Assembly (NCBI GenBank): GCA_016184305.1
Contig: JACPCX010000138.1
Location: forward strand, 1 to 20,046
DNA length: 20,046 bases
Source of the DNA: Candidatus Rokuibacteriota bacterium
GTDB lineage: Bacteria; Methylomirabilota; Methylomirabilia; Rokubacteriales; CSP1-6
Reading direction: 5' to 3'
Part shown: positions 1-8,781 of the stretch, piece by piece
Layout of the letters: each line of letters starts with the position of its first letter
Position numbering within the stretch: the first letter of the stretch is position 1
Made by a program: the position numbers and the translations under genes
The notes under the pieces: generated by a model
The model's input: only the letters and a program-made list of their open reading frames with translations
Database searches by the model: none
What the model was told of the DNA's origin: nothing

Positions 1-93
<93 letters not shown>

Positions 94-100
94 TAATTCG

Positions 101-138
101 AAGCGCCCGGGCCGCAAGGCTCGGGCGCTTTTCTATTT
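101..138 (+). terminator. Rho-independent terminator of the rRNA operon, possibly bidirectional
   Basis: AAGCGCCCGGGCC-GCAA-GGCTCGGGCGCTT stem with GNRA loop, followed by TTCTATTT; lies between the 5S gene and a convergent CDS. Confidence 0.85.
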
Positions 139-148
139 CCACGTCCGG

Positions 149-799
149 TTAGAAGAAGGCCGACGCGACGGCGATGAAGGCGTTGCTCACCAGATCGAAG
201 ACCGGTCCCACGACCCACCGAGTCGCGCCAGACATGACGAGCACCAGCAGGAGGAGCGGCCCGTACTGCTCCAGCTGGTGCAGGCGTGCCCACGATCGGC
301 GCGGAAGGAAGTAGGGGAGGAAGTGGCCCCCGTCCAGGGGGGGCAGGGGAATCAGGTTGAAGATCGCCAGTGCCAGGTTGAACTGATAGGCCCAGAGCAG
401 CATCCCGAGCAGCGGGGCGCGGATCAACGGCATGTCCACGATTTGCTGCGCCAGCCCCAGAGCGATGAGCCCGACGAATGCCGTGATGAGATTAGAGAAC
501 GGGCCTGCCGCGGCGATCCAGGCCATGTCCCGCACGGGGCGCTTCAGGTTGTACGCGTTGACGGGCACGGGCTTGGCCCATCCGAAACCCGCCAGCACGA
601 AGGCGAGCGCTCCCAGGGGATCGATGTGCGGCAGCGGGTTCAGCGTGAGCCGTCCCTGCAGCCTTGCCGTCGGGTCTCCGAGCCGATCCGCCACCAGCCC
701 GTGGGCGAGCTCGTGGACCGTCACCGCGAGGAGCAGCGCGGGAATCTGGAGGACGAGCCGCTGCAGCGTTGCGGCCGGATCACCGAAGAAATCCATCAT
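149..799 (-). CDS. Site-2 protease family (peptidase M50) membrane zinc metalloprotease
   Basis: HELAH (HExxH), [31 protein letters not shown] and [11 protein letters not shown] motifs; hydrophobic segments. Confidence 0.93.
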   Translation of the reverse strand: MMDFFGDPAATLQRLVLQIPALLLAVTVHELAHGLVADRLGDPTARLQGRLTLNPLPHIDPLGALAFVLAGFGWAKPVPVNAYNLKRPVRDMAWIAAAGPFSNLITAFVGLIALGLAQQIVDMPLIRAPLLGMLLWAYQFNLALAIFNLIPLPPLDGGHFLPYFLPRRSWARLHQLEQYGPLLLLVLVMSGATRWVVGPVFDLVSNAFIAVASAFF

Positions 800-1011
800 C
801 CGCCGCCTGCGGGGACGCGATCCTCCGGGGACGGGTCGGTCGGGATGGGCTCGCCCGCGATCCGATAGCGCTCATCGAGCCACACGCCGAGATCAATGAG
901 CCGGCAGGACAACGAGCAGAATGGCCGGTTTGGGTTGGCGTGCCAGACGACGTCGCCGCCGCACCTCGGGCAGCGCTGTGACCGGCGAGTGCCGGTGGAG
1001 GGACGAGCCAT
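796..1011 (-). CDS. yacG: DNA gyrase inhibitor YacG (zinc finger)
   Basis: CPRCG...[23 protein letters not shown] signature; stop overlaps the start of the M50 gene. Confidence 0.92.
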   Translation of the reverse strand: MARPSTGTRRSQRCPRCGGDVVWHANPNRPFCSLSCRLIDLGVWLDERYRIAGEPIPTDPSPEDRVPAGGG

Positions 1012-1017
1012 GAGGTC

Positions 1018-1092
1018 ATCCTATCGGCCGCGCGCGAACCGTGTCAACACGACGTCTGGCCCATTGACACGGTCGGGGGCCTTCGCTACAGT
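1018..1092. promoter_or_regulatory. Back-to-back sigma70-type promoters for yacG (minus) and the DUF47-pit operon (plus)
   Basis: Plus: TTGACA(1064-1069)-17nt-TACAGT(1087-1092). Minus: TTGACA(1047-1042)-18nt-TAGGAT(1023-1018). Confidence 0.65.
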
Positions 1093-1162
1093 CATCCGAG
1101 CGGCTTTCAGTGCCGCGCCCGATGCGCACAGCACGTACCCCTGCCGCAGGAGCCTGACCCCG

Positions 1163-1780
1163 ATGTTCCGGATTCTTCCCCGCGAGGAGAAGTTCTTCGA
1201 CCTGTTCGAGCAGCAGGGCTCCAACATCGTGGCGGCCGCGCGGGTCCTCGAGGAGCTCACGCTGGACTACCCCGAGGCGCAGGCCAAGGCCCAGCAGATC
1301 AAGGACCTCGAGCACGCCGGGGACACCCTCACGCATGAGCTGGTGCGGCGGCTCAACACCACCTTCATCACCCCCATCGACCGTGAGGACATCTACGCCC
1401 TGTCAAGCCGTCTGGACGATGTCCTCGACCTCATCGACGCCGTAGCGGATCGCCTGTTGCTCTACAAGATCGCGGCGCCCACCGAGGCCTGCGTGAGCAT
1501 GGCCAAGATCATCGTCCAGGCGGCGGAGGAGACCGACCGGGCGGTGCACTGTCTCCGCACGCTGTCGCCGTTGTACCACAAGCACTGCATCGAGGTGAAC
1601 CGGTTGGAGAACGAGGCCGATCGACTCCTGCGGGATGAGCTTGCCGCGTTGTTTGATGGGCAGACCGACGCCATCGAGGTCATCAAATGGAAGGAGCTGT
1701 ACGAGACCCTGGAGTCGGTGACCGACCGCTGCGAGGATGTGGTGAACGTCATCGAGGGCATCGTTCTCAAGATGGCGTGA
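1163..1780 (+). CDS. DUF47 / PhoU-like phosphate transport regulator (205 aa; start corrected from the ORF track)
   Basis: MFRILPREEKFFDLF start with AGGAG RBS at 1148; LEHAGD, TFITPIDREDI, LENEAD and TDRCEDV motifs; directly upstream of a Pit transporter. Confidence 0.92.
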   Translation: MFRILPREEKFFDLFEQQGSNIVAAARVLEELTLDYPEAQAKAQQIKDLEHAGDTLTHELVRRLNTTFITPIDREDIYALSSRLDDVLDLIDAVADRLLLYKIAAPTEACVSMAKIIVQAAEETDRAVHCLRTLSPLYHKHCIEVNRLENEADRLLRDELAALFDGQTDAIEVIKWKELYETLESVTDRCEDVVNVIEGIVLKMA

Positions 1781-1790
1781 CCTCCGCTCC

Positions 1791-2786
1791 ATGACCGCCC
1801 CGTTGCTGCTCGTCATCTTCATCATCCTCGTCGCCCTCGCGTTCGACTACATCAATGGCTTTCACGATGCGGCCAACTCCATCGCCACCGTTGTCTCCAC
1901 ACGCGTGCTCACGCCCACCCAGGCCGTGCTGTGGGCGGCCTTCTTCAACTTCGTGGCGGCCTTCGGTTTCGGGGTCAACGTGGCGAAGACGGTGGGGAAA
2001 GGCGTGGTGGAGTCCGGAGTCGTGGATCACTGGGTTATCCTGGGGGCGCTCACGGGCGCCATCGTCTGGAATCTCATCACCTGGTACTACGCCATCCCGT
2101 CCAGCTCCTCGCATGCCCTCATCGGCGGTTTCGCGGGGGCGGCGGTGGCCAAGGCGGGGTTCGGCGCCCTGATCCCGTCGGGTCTGCTGAAGATCGCGCT
2201 CTTCATCGTGCTTGCGCCGGTGATCGGGCTCTGTCTCGGGTTCGCGCTCATGGTGGCGACGATGTGGGTGTTCCGGCGATTCCGGCCCAGCCGGGTGGAC
2301 GGGCTGTTCCGGCGGCTCCAGCTGGCGTCGGCTGCGTTCTACAGCCTTGGCCACGGCACCAACGATGCCCAGAAGACCATGGGGATCATCGCGATCCTGC
2401 TCTTCACCGGCGGCTACCTGGGCCCGGAATTCTACGTGCCCTTCTGGGTCATCCTCGCGGCGCACCTGGCCATTGGACTCGGCACGCTGGCGGGGGGCTG
2501 GCGCATTGTCAAGACCATGGGAATGCGTCTCACGAAGCTCCGCCCGGTGGGCGGGTTCTGTGCCGAGGCGGCGGGTGCGGTCATGCTGATCGGTACGGCG
2601 CTGGGGGGGATCCCCGTCAGCACCACGCATACGATCGCCGGGTCAATCATGGGAGTGGGAGCCACGCAGCGCCTGTCGGCCGTCCGATGGGGGGTGGCCG
2701 GCAGGATCGTCTGGGCCTGGATCCTGACGATTCCGCTATCCGCGGCCATTGCGGCGCTCACCTGGCTCATCCTGCCTCACGGATGA
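1791..2786 (+). CDS. pit: Inorganic phosphate transporter, PiT family
   Basis: NGFHDAANSIAT and GHGTNDAQK signature motifs, PSSSSHALIGG, PVSTTH; multiple TM helices. Confidence 0.95.
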   Translation: MTAPLLLVIFIILVALAFDYINGFHDAANSIATVVSTRVLTPTQAVLWAAFFNFVAAFGFGVNVAKTVGKGVVESGVVDHWVILGALTGAIVWNLITWYYAIPSSSSHALIGGFAGAAVAKAGFGALIPSGLLKIALFIVLAPVIGLCLGFALMVATMWVFRRFRPSRVDGLFRRLQLASAAFYSLGHGTNDAQKTMGIIAILLFTGGYLGPEFYVPFWVILAAHLAIGLGTLAGGWRIVKTMGMRLTKLRPVGGFCAEAAGAVMLIGTALGGIPVSTTHTIAGSIMGVGATQRLSAVRWGVAGRIVWAWILTIPLSAAIAALTWLILPHG

Positions 2787-3694
2787 GGGGCAAGCGTCGC
2801 GCGGGGAGCTCCGTCCTGGGCTGGGTGGGGGTCGCGTGGCTCGCACCTCTCGGCCTCCTGCTGGCCTATCTCCCGAGCCCGGTCGGCCTCTGGCTGGGCC
2901 GTCGGATCGGCGATCTCGCCTGGGTGTTCCTCCGCGGGCGGCGGGCGGTGGCCCTCCAGAATCTCGTTCGGGCCTTCGGTAGCCAGCACCCGGCGCCGGA
3001 GCTCCACCGTATCGGCCGCGGCTCCTTCGAGCACCTGGGTATGAACTTCATCGAGGCGTGCGTGTTCTTCTTCCGGCCGCCGTCCGTCCTCCTGTCCCGC
3101 GTCGAGATCCGCGGCGCGGCCCACCTGGAGGCGGCTGCGGCGCATGGGCGCGGGATCCTGCTCCTCTCGGGCCACTACGGGAACTGGGAATTGCTGGGCG
3201 CCGGCATCGCGCTGATGCCCTCCGGGCTGTCGGTGGTCATGCGCCCCCTGGATCATCCCCTGCTGGACCGCGTGGTGGCGCGCTTTCGGAAGCGAGGCGG
3301 CGTCGAGCTGATCACCAAGCGTCGAGGCCTGCGGGACGTGCTGGAGGCTCTGCGCCGAGGCCGCATGGTTGGCATCCTTCTGGATCAGAACGCCTCCCGG
3401 GGACAGGGTGTCTTCGCGCCGTTTTTCGGAGTCCCCGCCTCCACATCGAAGAGCCTCGCGGTCATCTCGCTGCGGACTGGCGCTCCCGTCATCCCGGTCT
3501 TCATACGACGGCAGCCGGACGGGCGCCATCGCGTCGAGATCGAGCCTGCCGTTCCACCTCCACCCGATGGCGACGTGGTGGTGTACACGGCCTCATTCAG
3601 CCATGCGATCGAGGCGGCGATTCGCCAGGCTCCCGAGCAGTGGTTCTGGCTACACCGGCGCTGGAAGACTCGCCCCGAGGGGACGCCGGCGTGA
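2783..3694 (+). CDS. Lipid A lauroyl/myristoyl acyltransferase family protein (LpxL/HtrB-like), 303 aa
   Basis: ATGA overlap with the pit stop; GHYGNWE (HxxxxE), LLDQN, FFG and PEQWFWLHRRWK motifs. Confidence 0.88.
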   Translation: MRGKRRAGSSVLGWVGVAWLAPLGLLLAYLPSPVGLWLGRRIGDLAWVFLRGRRAVALQNLVRAFGSQHPAPELHRIGRGSFEHLGMNFIEACVFFFRPPSVLLSRVEIRGAAHLEAAAAHGRGILLLSGHYGNWELLGAGIALMPSGLSVVMRPLDHPLLDRVVARFRKRGGVELITKRRGLRDVLEALRRGRMVGILLDQNASRGQGVFAPFFGVPASTSKSLAVISLRTGAPVIPVFIRRQPDGRHRVEIEPAVPPPPDGDVVVYTASFSHAIEAAIRQAPEQWFWLHRRWKTRPEGTPA

Positions 3695-4389
3695 GAGGCT
3701 GGATCGCCGTTCTCGGCGCGGGCCTGCTCTGCGCAGGCGGATGGGGATTGGTGAGCGCCGGCGAGGACGTCAATGCGCTCGTGGCGCCGTATTTCAGCGC
3801 CCGAGACGGCGGCCTGCTAGGGGAGGTTGTCGGCCGAGCCTATTCGGGCTCGCGGACACCCACTGGGCCTCCGGTTCCCTACGGGTCGGTGGCCGTCATG
3901 CTCCTCCCCTTTTCGCCTGAGCTCGAGCAGAAGCTGGACCGGATCAAGGCCGGGCTCAAAGACTCGCTCCGGGACTATGCCGACGGGGCAGCGCGGGTGG
4001 TGGCCGCGAGACAGGCCTACGAGCGGGCGCTGCTGGCAGCCGGAGCCGGGGAGATGATCCGGGGGGAAGTGAGCGGCGCAGATGGGCAGTTCCGGTTCAC
4101 GGCGGTGCCTGCCGGGAACTGGATGCTTCTCGCGTGGCGGAATGTGGAGCACCCCGTTCGAGGCCGGAAGGTCCAGAGGCGGGAAGCGGGGCAGTTCATC
4201 GACAACGTCGAGCGCACCGGGTACGTGGCGGTGAGCTTCTGGCGCATGGGGGTGGACGTTCGGCCGGGGCAGGAGACGACCGCGACCCTGATCGACCGGA
4301 ACGGCTGGATGATCGGGGTGAGGGAAGAACTGCGGCTCCCGGAGACCCAGGGGGATGCTGTGAGGCGCCGCCAAGGTGCCACGCGCTGA
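3691..4389 (+). CDS. Hypothetical exported protein with a carboxypeptidase-regulatory-like beta-sandwich segment (232 aa)
   Basis: GTGA overlap with the previous stop; signal-like N-terminus; SGADGQFRFTAVPAGNWML motif. Confidence 0.65.
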   Translation: MRGWIAVLGAGLLCAGGWGLVSAGEDVNALVAPYFSARDGGLLGEVVGRAYSGSRTPTGPPVPYGSVAVMLLPFSPELEQKLDRIKAGLKDSLRDYADGAARVVAARQAYERALLAAGAGEMIRGEVSGADGQFRFTAVPAGNWMLLAWRNVEHPVRGRKVQRREAGQFIDNVERTGYVAVSFWRMGVDVRPGQETTATLIDRNGWMIGVREELRLPETQGDAVRRRQGATR

Positions 4390-4439
4390 AGGGTGGTACC
4401 TTGGCGGCGTGCTGAAGGCTCGGCTGCCGCCAGAGGGGA

Positions 4440-4748
4440 CTACTTCTTCGCGTCCTTCGTCCCGGCCGTCACGTCCTTCTTCTCAGCCTTGGCCTGCTTC
4501 TTCTCGGTCTTCTTGGCCACGAACTTCTTCTCGCACTCGGCCTTGGCCGTGTCGTCCTTGGCCGCCTTCAGGCAGCCGGCCTTGGTCTCCTTCTTCTCGG
4601 CCTTCTTCTCCGCCACCTTCTCCTTCTGCTCCTGGCCGGGGGCTGCGGCCTTGCCGGCCTCAGTGGCTGGCTTCGGTTGCGCCACGGCCAGCCCGGCGAC
4701 TGTGAGGGAGAAAGCGATGCTGACGAGCAGCGCGATCATTTTTCTCAT
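4440..4748 (-). CDS. Small secreted Lys/Ala/Glu-rich protein with a Cys pair
   Basis: Strong RBS AAGGAGGTG; Sec-pathway signal peptide ending AVA-Q; KKAEKK-like repeats; CLKAAKDDTAKAEC. Confidence 0.85.
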   Translation of the reverse strand: MRKMIALLVSIAFSLTVAGLAVAQPKPATEAGKAAAPGQEQKEKVAEKKAEKKETKAGCLKAAKDDTAKAECEKKFVAKKTEKKQAKAEKKDVTAGTKDAKK

Positions 4749-4810
4749 GGGGTTTCACCTCCTTCAGTTCCAGATAAGTGCCCATCGCAAAAGATTCTTC
4801 ACAACACCCT

Positions 4811-4840
4811 AACCTAGTTTTTCAGAGCGTCTTCTGTCAA
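4811..4840 (-). promoter_or_regulatory. Putative sigma70 promoter for the small Lys-rich gene
   Basis: Minus strand TTGACA-18nt-TAGGTT in an AT-rich intergenic patch. Confidence 0.5.
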
Positions 4841-4919
4841 GGATAATCTCCGCTCAGGGCACCTCCGGCGTTGACCCCGGAGCCCGGCCATGGTATCAAT
4901 TGCGTGCTTCAACCCCCTC

Positions 4920-6272
4920 ATGCCGACCTCATTAAAGCGTCTCCTGATCGCGCTATCGCTCCTGTACGCCGGTCCTCTGGCCCAGCCGGGCCAAGCGGCG
5001 GGGGAGCCGTACCCGTTTTCCCCCAGGAGCCTGGACGAGGCGGCCCTGATCCGATCCCCTGTGAATGAGCCTTCGGTTCCCGACTCTTACCGATCATTCG
5101 GCCTGGAGCTCGGTCATGCCCAGCCATTCGTGGAACACCAGGGGCCCGAGGATAGTTCCGAGGCTCGGCCGCTGGCGGGACCCCGGGAGCCCACCCTGGA
5201 CCCCGCACCAGGAGCCGCCTCCGCCTCGGTGGCTGTCTCTCCGTATGTCGTCCACGACCGCCCTGAGGTCCGGCACTTCGTTGACCGATTCCAGACGGGC
5301 TATCGTCGGGCTGTGGTGGAGCGCTGGCTGTCGCGATCCGGTCGGTACCTTGGGATGATCCGGGAGGTCTTCGCCCAGCGGGGGTTGCCCGAGGAACTCG
5401 TCTTCACCGCGATGATCGAGAGCGGTTTCGACCCGGTCGCCGTCTCGCGAGCGGGGGCCAAGGGCCTCTGGCAGTTCATGGCTCCGACCGCCCGCCGGTA
5501 CGGCCTGCGGGTAGACCGATGGATCGACGAGCGGCTCGATCCGGAGAAGTCCACGTGGGCCGCCGCCAGCTACCTCACGGATCTCTTCACGATGTTCGGC
5601 TCCTGGCACCTGGTCCAGGCGGCCTACAACGCAGGCGAGATGAGGGTCGCACGGGCCGTCCAGAGCAAGCAGACGAGCGATTTCTGGCAGCTCAGCCGAA
5701 CTCGCCTCTTGGCCGAGGAGACGAAGAGCTTCGTTGCCGCCACGCAGGCGGCGGCGCTGATCGGGCGGGAGCCTTACCGCTACGGCTTCTCCTTCACGCC
5801 CGAGGATCCGCTCCGCTACGAGGTCATCCAAGTTCCCCCCTCGACGACGCTCGAGCGCCTGGCCGGCATGTCGGGGATCGCGACTGCGAACCTGCGCCGC
5901 CTCAATCCGGAGCTTCGGCTCGCCCAGACACCGCCGGGGAAGCCCTATGCCTTGAAGGTTCCCGTGGGTGGTGAGGCGGCTGTGAGAGCGGCCTTCCAGA
6001 AGGCGGCGGCGGCAACCCTGATGGCCGCCACGAAGCGCGGCCGAGGCCGAGACGCCGCCACGACATCGCAGGCGCGGCCGCCGGCCCGGGGGGTCCATGT
6101 CGTCAAGGCGCAGGACACCGTGGGCGCCATCGCGAAGCGATACGGAGTGTCGGCGGCGGAGATCGTTCGGTGGAACCTGCTCTCCGCCGCCGGCCGGATC
6201 TTCCCAGGCGACAGGCTTCGCGTGGCGCGGGTCGCGCCCGCAGAGGAGGAGGGGCAGGGCGGTTTCAGGTGA
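4920..6272 (+). CDS. Lytic murein transglycosylase with LysM domains (MltD-like); start could be 4890
   Basis: Signal peptide; IESGF catalytic Glu, AKGLWQFM, DERLDPEKST and AAYNAG motifs; C-terminal LysM HVVKAQDTVGAIAKRYGVS. Confidence 0.92.
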   Translation: MPTSLKRLLIALSLLYAGPLAQPGQAAGEPYPFSPRSLDEAALIRSPVNEPSVPDSYRSFGLELGHAQPFVEHQGPEDSSEARPLAGPREPTLDPAPGAASASVAVSPYVVHDRPEVRHFVDRFQTGYRRAVVERWLSRSGRYLGMIREVFAQRGLPEELVFTAMIESGFDPVAVSRAGAKGLWQFMAPTARRYGLRVDRWIDERLDPEKSTWAAASYLTDLFTMFGSWHLVQAAYNAGEMRVARAVQSKQTSDFWQLSRTRLLAEETKSFVAATQAAALIGREPYRYGFSFTPEDPLRYEVIQVPPSTTLERLAGMSGIATANLRRLNPELRLAQTPPGKPYALKVPVGGEAAVRAAFQKAAAATLMAATKRGRGRDAATTSQARPPARGVHVVKAQDTVGAIAKRYGVSAAEIVRWNLLSAAGRIFPGDRLRVARVAPAEEEGQGGFR

Positions 6273-6511
6273 ACGTCCATGTCCGGCTTTTCGCCACCCT
6301 CTCAGCCTACCTTCCGCGGCTTGCCGGCGGAGACAGCCTGACCCTCGTGCTCGACGAAGGAGCCACGGTCGGACAGGTCATGCAGCTGCTCCAGATCCCC
6401 GAGGACTTCCCCTGCCTGACTGTGGTGAACGGTCGGGATGCAGGGCCCGAGAGAGTCCTCGCCGATGCTGACGTGTTGACCATGTTCCCGCCGCTCGCCG
6501 GGGGCGCGTAG
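6269..6511 (+). CDS. MoaD/ThiS family ubiquitin-like sulfur carrier (80 aa)
   Basis: GTGA overlap; VHVRLFATL, VVNG and FPPLAGG-A C-terminus. Confidence 0.88.
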   Translation: MNVHVRLFATLSAYLPRLAGGDSLTLVLDEGATVGQVMQLLQIPEDFPCLTVVNGRDAGPERVLADADVLTMFPPLAGGA

Positions 6512-6525
6512 CCGCGACTTTGTCC

Positions 6526-6711
6526 TCAGAGGGTGAGCTCACGGCACCGGTAGCAGAGGTGCCGTGGGTCGCCTCCGCACACATGGCAGCTGCGGACGCG
6601 CAGGAGGTCAGGATGGCCTCCGCGGCCCAGCCCGTCACGACGAGCGGGCACCCGCCCGCCGGGACTTCTCCGGAATCTCAGAAGCGCGCGGACCGTCTCC
6701 AGCCACTTCAT
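6526..6711 (-). CDS. Small hypothetical protein with a CxxC-x7-CxxC putative zinc ribbon (61 aa)
   Basis: ATG 6711 preceded by GAGGAGG RBS; CHVCGGDPRHLCYRC. Confidence 0.6.
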   Translation of the reverse strand: MKWLETVRALLRFRRSPGGRVPARRDGLGRGGHPDLLRVRSCHVCGGDPRHLCYRCRELTL

Positions 6712-6830
6712 CGTCGAAGCCTCCTCATCATCTCCCTCCCGCACATGCGGCAACGGGGGTGGATCAGGCCGTGCCGGTCACCCACCACCCGCAGCAGGCG
6801 AAACCGCTCACGTTGCCCTCCCGGGGCTCG

Positions 6831-7148
6831 CTATACTCCCGAGAGCACCGGGACCCGGGAGAGGACGGACTGTGGCAGTGTCACGTGCTCGATGCAGCGG
6901 GTGCAGAAGAAGTCGAGCTCGAGCCCACCTCGGCGGCCGTGGAACTCCAGAGGGCGCCCGCACCAGGAGTGGCAGATGGTGCCGTCCGTGTGGAAGAAGA
7001 CGCTGACGATGGCGGGGAGGGCCTGATGCGCTCCCTCGGTTGCCGAGGGGCGAAGCCTGCCTTCCCGGGAACCCTTGCCGCCGCGCTGGCTGGGCCTCAC
7101 CTCCGTCCTGACCCGTTCCCGCGCTGAGCTGGCCATTGCAGTGCGCAT
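6831..7148 (-). CDS. Hypothetical protein with a putative metal-binding C-terminal domain (105 aa)
   Basis: ATG 7148 preceded by GGGAGG RBS; CHSWC...CTRC; downstream of a sigma54-like promoter. Confidence 0.65.
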   Translation of the reverse strand: MRTAMASSARERVRTEVRPSQRGGKGSREGRLRPSATEGAHQALPAIVSVFFHTDGTICHSWCGRPLEFHGRRGGLELDFFCTRCIEHVTLPQSVLSRVPVLSGV

Positions 7149-7218
7149 GTCGCTTCCTCCCTTCGTGTCTGGCCGCCTCTGTGACCTGGTCTGGCTCACT
7201 GCCCTTGTCGGATGCACG

Positions 7219-7234
7219 AGCAAGATGCATTCCA
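7219..7234 (-). promoter_or_regulatory. Sigma54 (-24/-12) promoter
   Basis: Minus strand TGGAATGCATCTTGCT, with GG-N10-GC spacing matching TGGCACGNNNNTTGCW. Confidence 0.6.
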
Positions 7235-7592
7235 GTGATAGCGAGACTGCGAAGGCCTTGATTTCACGACGAACCGGGTTACGCGCTGCGGGGACGGACT
7301 GACACGCCGTGGAAGCCGGTCAGCAGGAAATGAGACCGGCTTTCCCTATCTCCCGTGGAACTTGTGGGGTCGCTGCTCCCCGAAGGCCAGCACGGCCTCT
7401 CGATGGTCCTCGGTTCCGTGGACCGAGTAGTCCACGGATTTGCCTCGTGGCGTGCCGAGGTCGTGATCTGCGGGCAGCCGCCTCGCCGGTGCCTCAGGGC
7501 GCCGGTTTGGCTCCCCGACACGCGATGATGGGCGAGATCAAGCCCGTCTCCTCGGCGAAAGCAGGTACAATGCGCCCAGGAGGACCCCCCCA

Positions 7593-8555
7593 ATGAAGCG
7601 TTCACTCACGTTGATCGCATTTACCCTGGCAGTCCTGCTCCCCACGCTGTGGTCGGCGGATGCCTGGGCGCGCGCGGGAGGCGGCAGCTCGTTCGGCAGC
7701 CGAGGCTCCCGGAGCTACTCGGCCCCGGCCCGCTCATCTCCCGGAACAACGTCGCCGAGCCGTCCCGCCGCCCCGCCTTCCTCGTTCCAGCAGCCGGCGC
7801 CTCAGCGCTCGGGCTGGATGGGCGGCCTCATGGGCGGGATCGGTGGTCTCGTCCTCGGCGGTCTTCTCGGGAGCATGCTCTTCGGGGGCGGCATGGGCCA
7901 GGGGCTCGGCGGCGGCATCGGGCTCATGGAGATCCTCCTGATGGCGGCGCTCGCCTACTTCGCGTTCTCGTGGTTCAGGCGGCGCCAGCAGCCGGTTCCC
8001 TCCACGCCTATGGGCTATGGCGCGCCAGGCCGGAGCGAGGCCCCCTCCTGGCAGCCCGGGACCGCGTCGGCGGCGACGGCAGCCGTCGAGGCGCCAGCGG
8101 GGCCGAGTGAGCTGGATCTCGGTATCGCCCATATCCGCCAGATGGATCAGGGTTTCGATCCCGGAGGGTTCGGGGAGAGGGCCTCTGACGTGTTCTTCAA
8201 GCTCCAGGCGGCCTGGATGGCGCGCGACATGGCGGCGGCGAAGGAGATCGTGACGCCCGAGATGTATGCCACGTTCCAGAAGGAATGCGACCGGCTGAAG
8301 CAGCAGCGCCGCCTGAACCGCCTCGAGAACATCGCGGTCCGCTCGGTGGATGTGACCGAGGCGTGGCAGGAGGGCGGGCAGGACTTCGTGACGGTGCACT
8401 TCCTGGCGAACCTGCTCGACTACACGCTGGACGAGGCGAGCGATCAGGTCGTCGAGGGCAGTCGTACCGAGCCCGTCAAGTTCGAGGAGTACTGGACATT
8501 CGTGCGGCCCGTCGGGCCCAACGCCTGGAGGCTCAGCGCGATCCAGCAGGCCTGA
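7593..8555 (+). CDS. Tim44-domain membrane protein
   Basis: AGGAGG RBS; signal peptide, ARAGGGSSFGSRGSRS, Gly-rich TM segment, C-terminal LQAAW...FEEYWTFVR...WRLSAIQQ. Confidence 0.92.
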   Translation: MKRSLTLIAFTLAVLLPTLWSADAWARAGGGSSFGSRGSRSYSAPARSSPGTTSPSRPAAPPSSFQQPAPQRSGWMGGLMGGIGGLVLGGLLGSMLFGGGMGQGLGGGIGLMEILLMAALAYFAFSWFRRRQQPVPSTPMGYGAPGRSEAPSWQPGTASAATAAVEAPAGPSELDLGIAHIRQMDQGFDPGGFGERASDVFFKLQAAWMARDMAAAKEIVTPEMYATFQKECDRLKQQRRLNRLENIAVRSVDVTEAWQEGGQDFVTVHFLANLLDYTLDEASDQVVEGSRTEPVKFEEYWTFVRPVGPNAWRLSAIQQA

Positions 8556-8605
8556 AGGGAGCGGGCCGGCATCTTCCGTCTCGCCCGGCCCGTGTCGTCA
8601 GAATC

Positions 8606-8639
8606 CTGCCAGCCGGCGCTCGCAGAGGCCGGCTGGCAG
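8606..8639. terminator. GC-rich hairpin after the Tim44 gene, possible terminator
   Basis: CTGCCAGCCGGC / GCCGGCTGGCAG perfect 12-bp inverted repeat; no U-tract. Confidence 0.4.
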
Positions 8640-8744
8640 CCCCTGCCCGGCTGGTCCCGACACACCCCCGACCTGACCGCATCCCCAGCCGGGGGCCGAC
8701 GTCTCGGGTGTCCAATGGCGTCCGAAACTTTTCACTTGCTTCTT

Positions 8745-8772
8745 ACTTTCGAATATCCTTAAATACGGAAGT
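8745..8772. promoter_or_regulatory. Putative ArsR operator overlapping the operon promoter
   Basis: Imperfect palindrome ACTTTCGAATAT-CCTT-AAATACGGAAGT (9 of 12 pairs) in an AT-rich patch directly before the arsR-family RBS. Confidence 0.55.
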
Positions 8773-8781
8773 GAGGAATCC

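Noticed and set aside
896..1162. Upstream extension of the DUF47 ORF
   Set aside because: Overlaps yacG and the promoters; RBS and family similarity begin at 1163
1931..2782. Long N-terminal extension of the 587-aa ORF
   Set aside because: Out-of-frame overlap with pit; the real acyltransferase begins at the ATGA overlap at 2783
6500..6528. Possible Sec read-through of the TGA ending the small CxxC protein on the minus strand (ELTL-TGA-GQSRG)
   Set aside because: The downstream frame runs antisense into the MoaD gene, shows no recognisable family motif, and I saw no convincing SECIS hairpin
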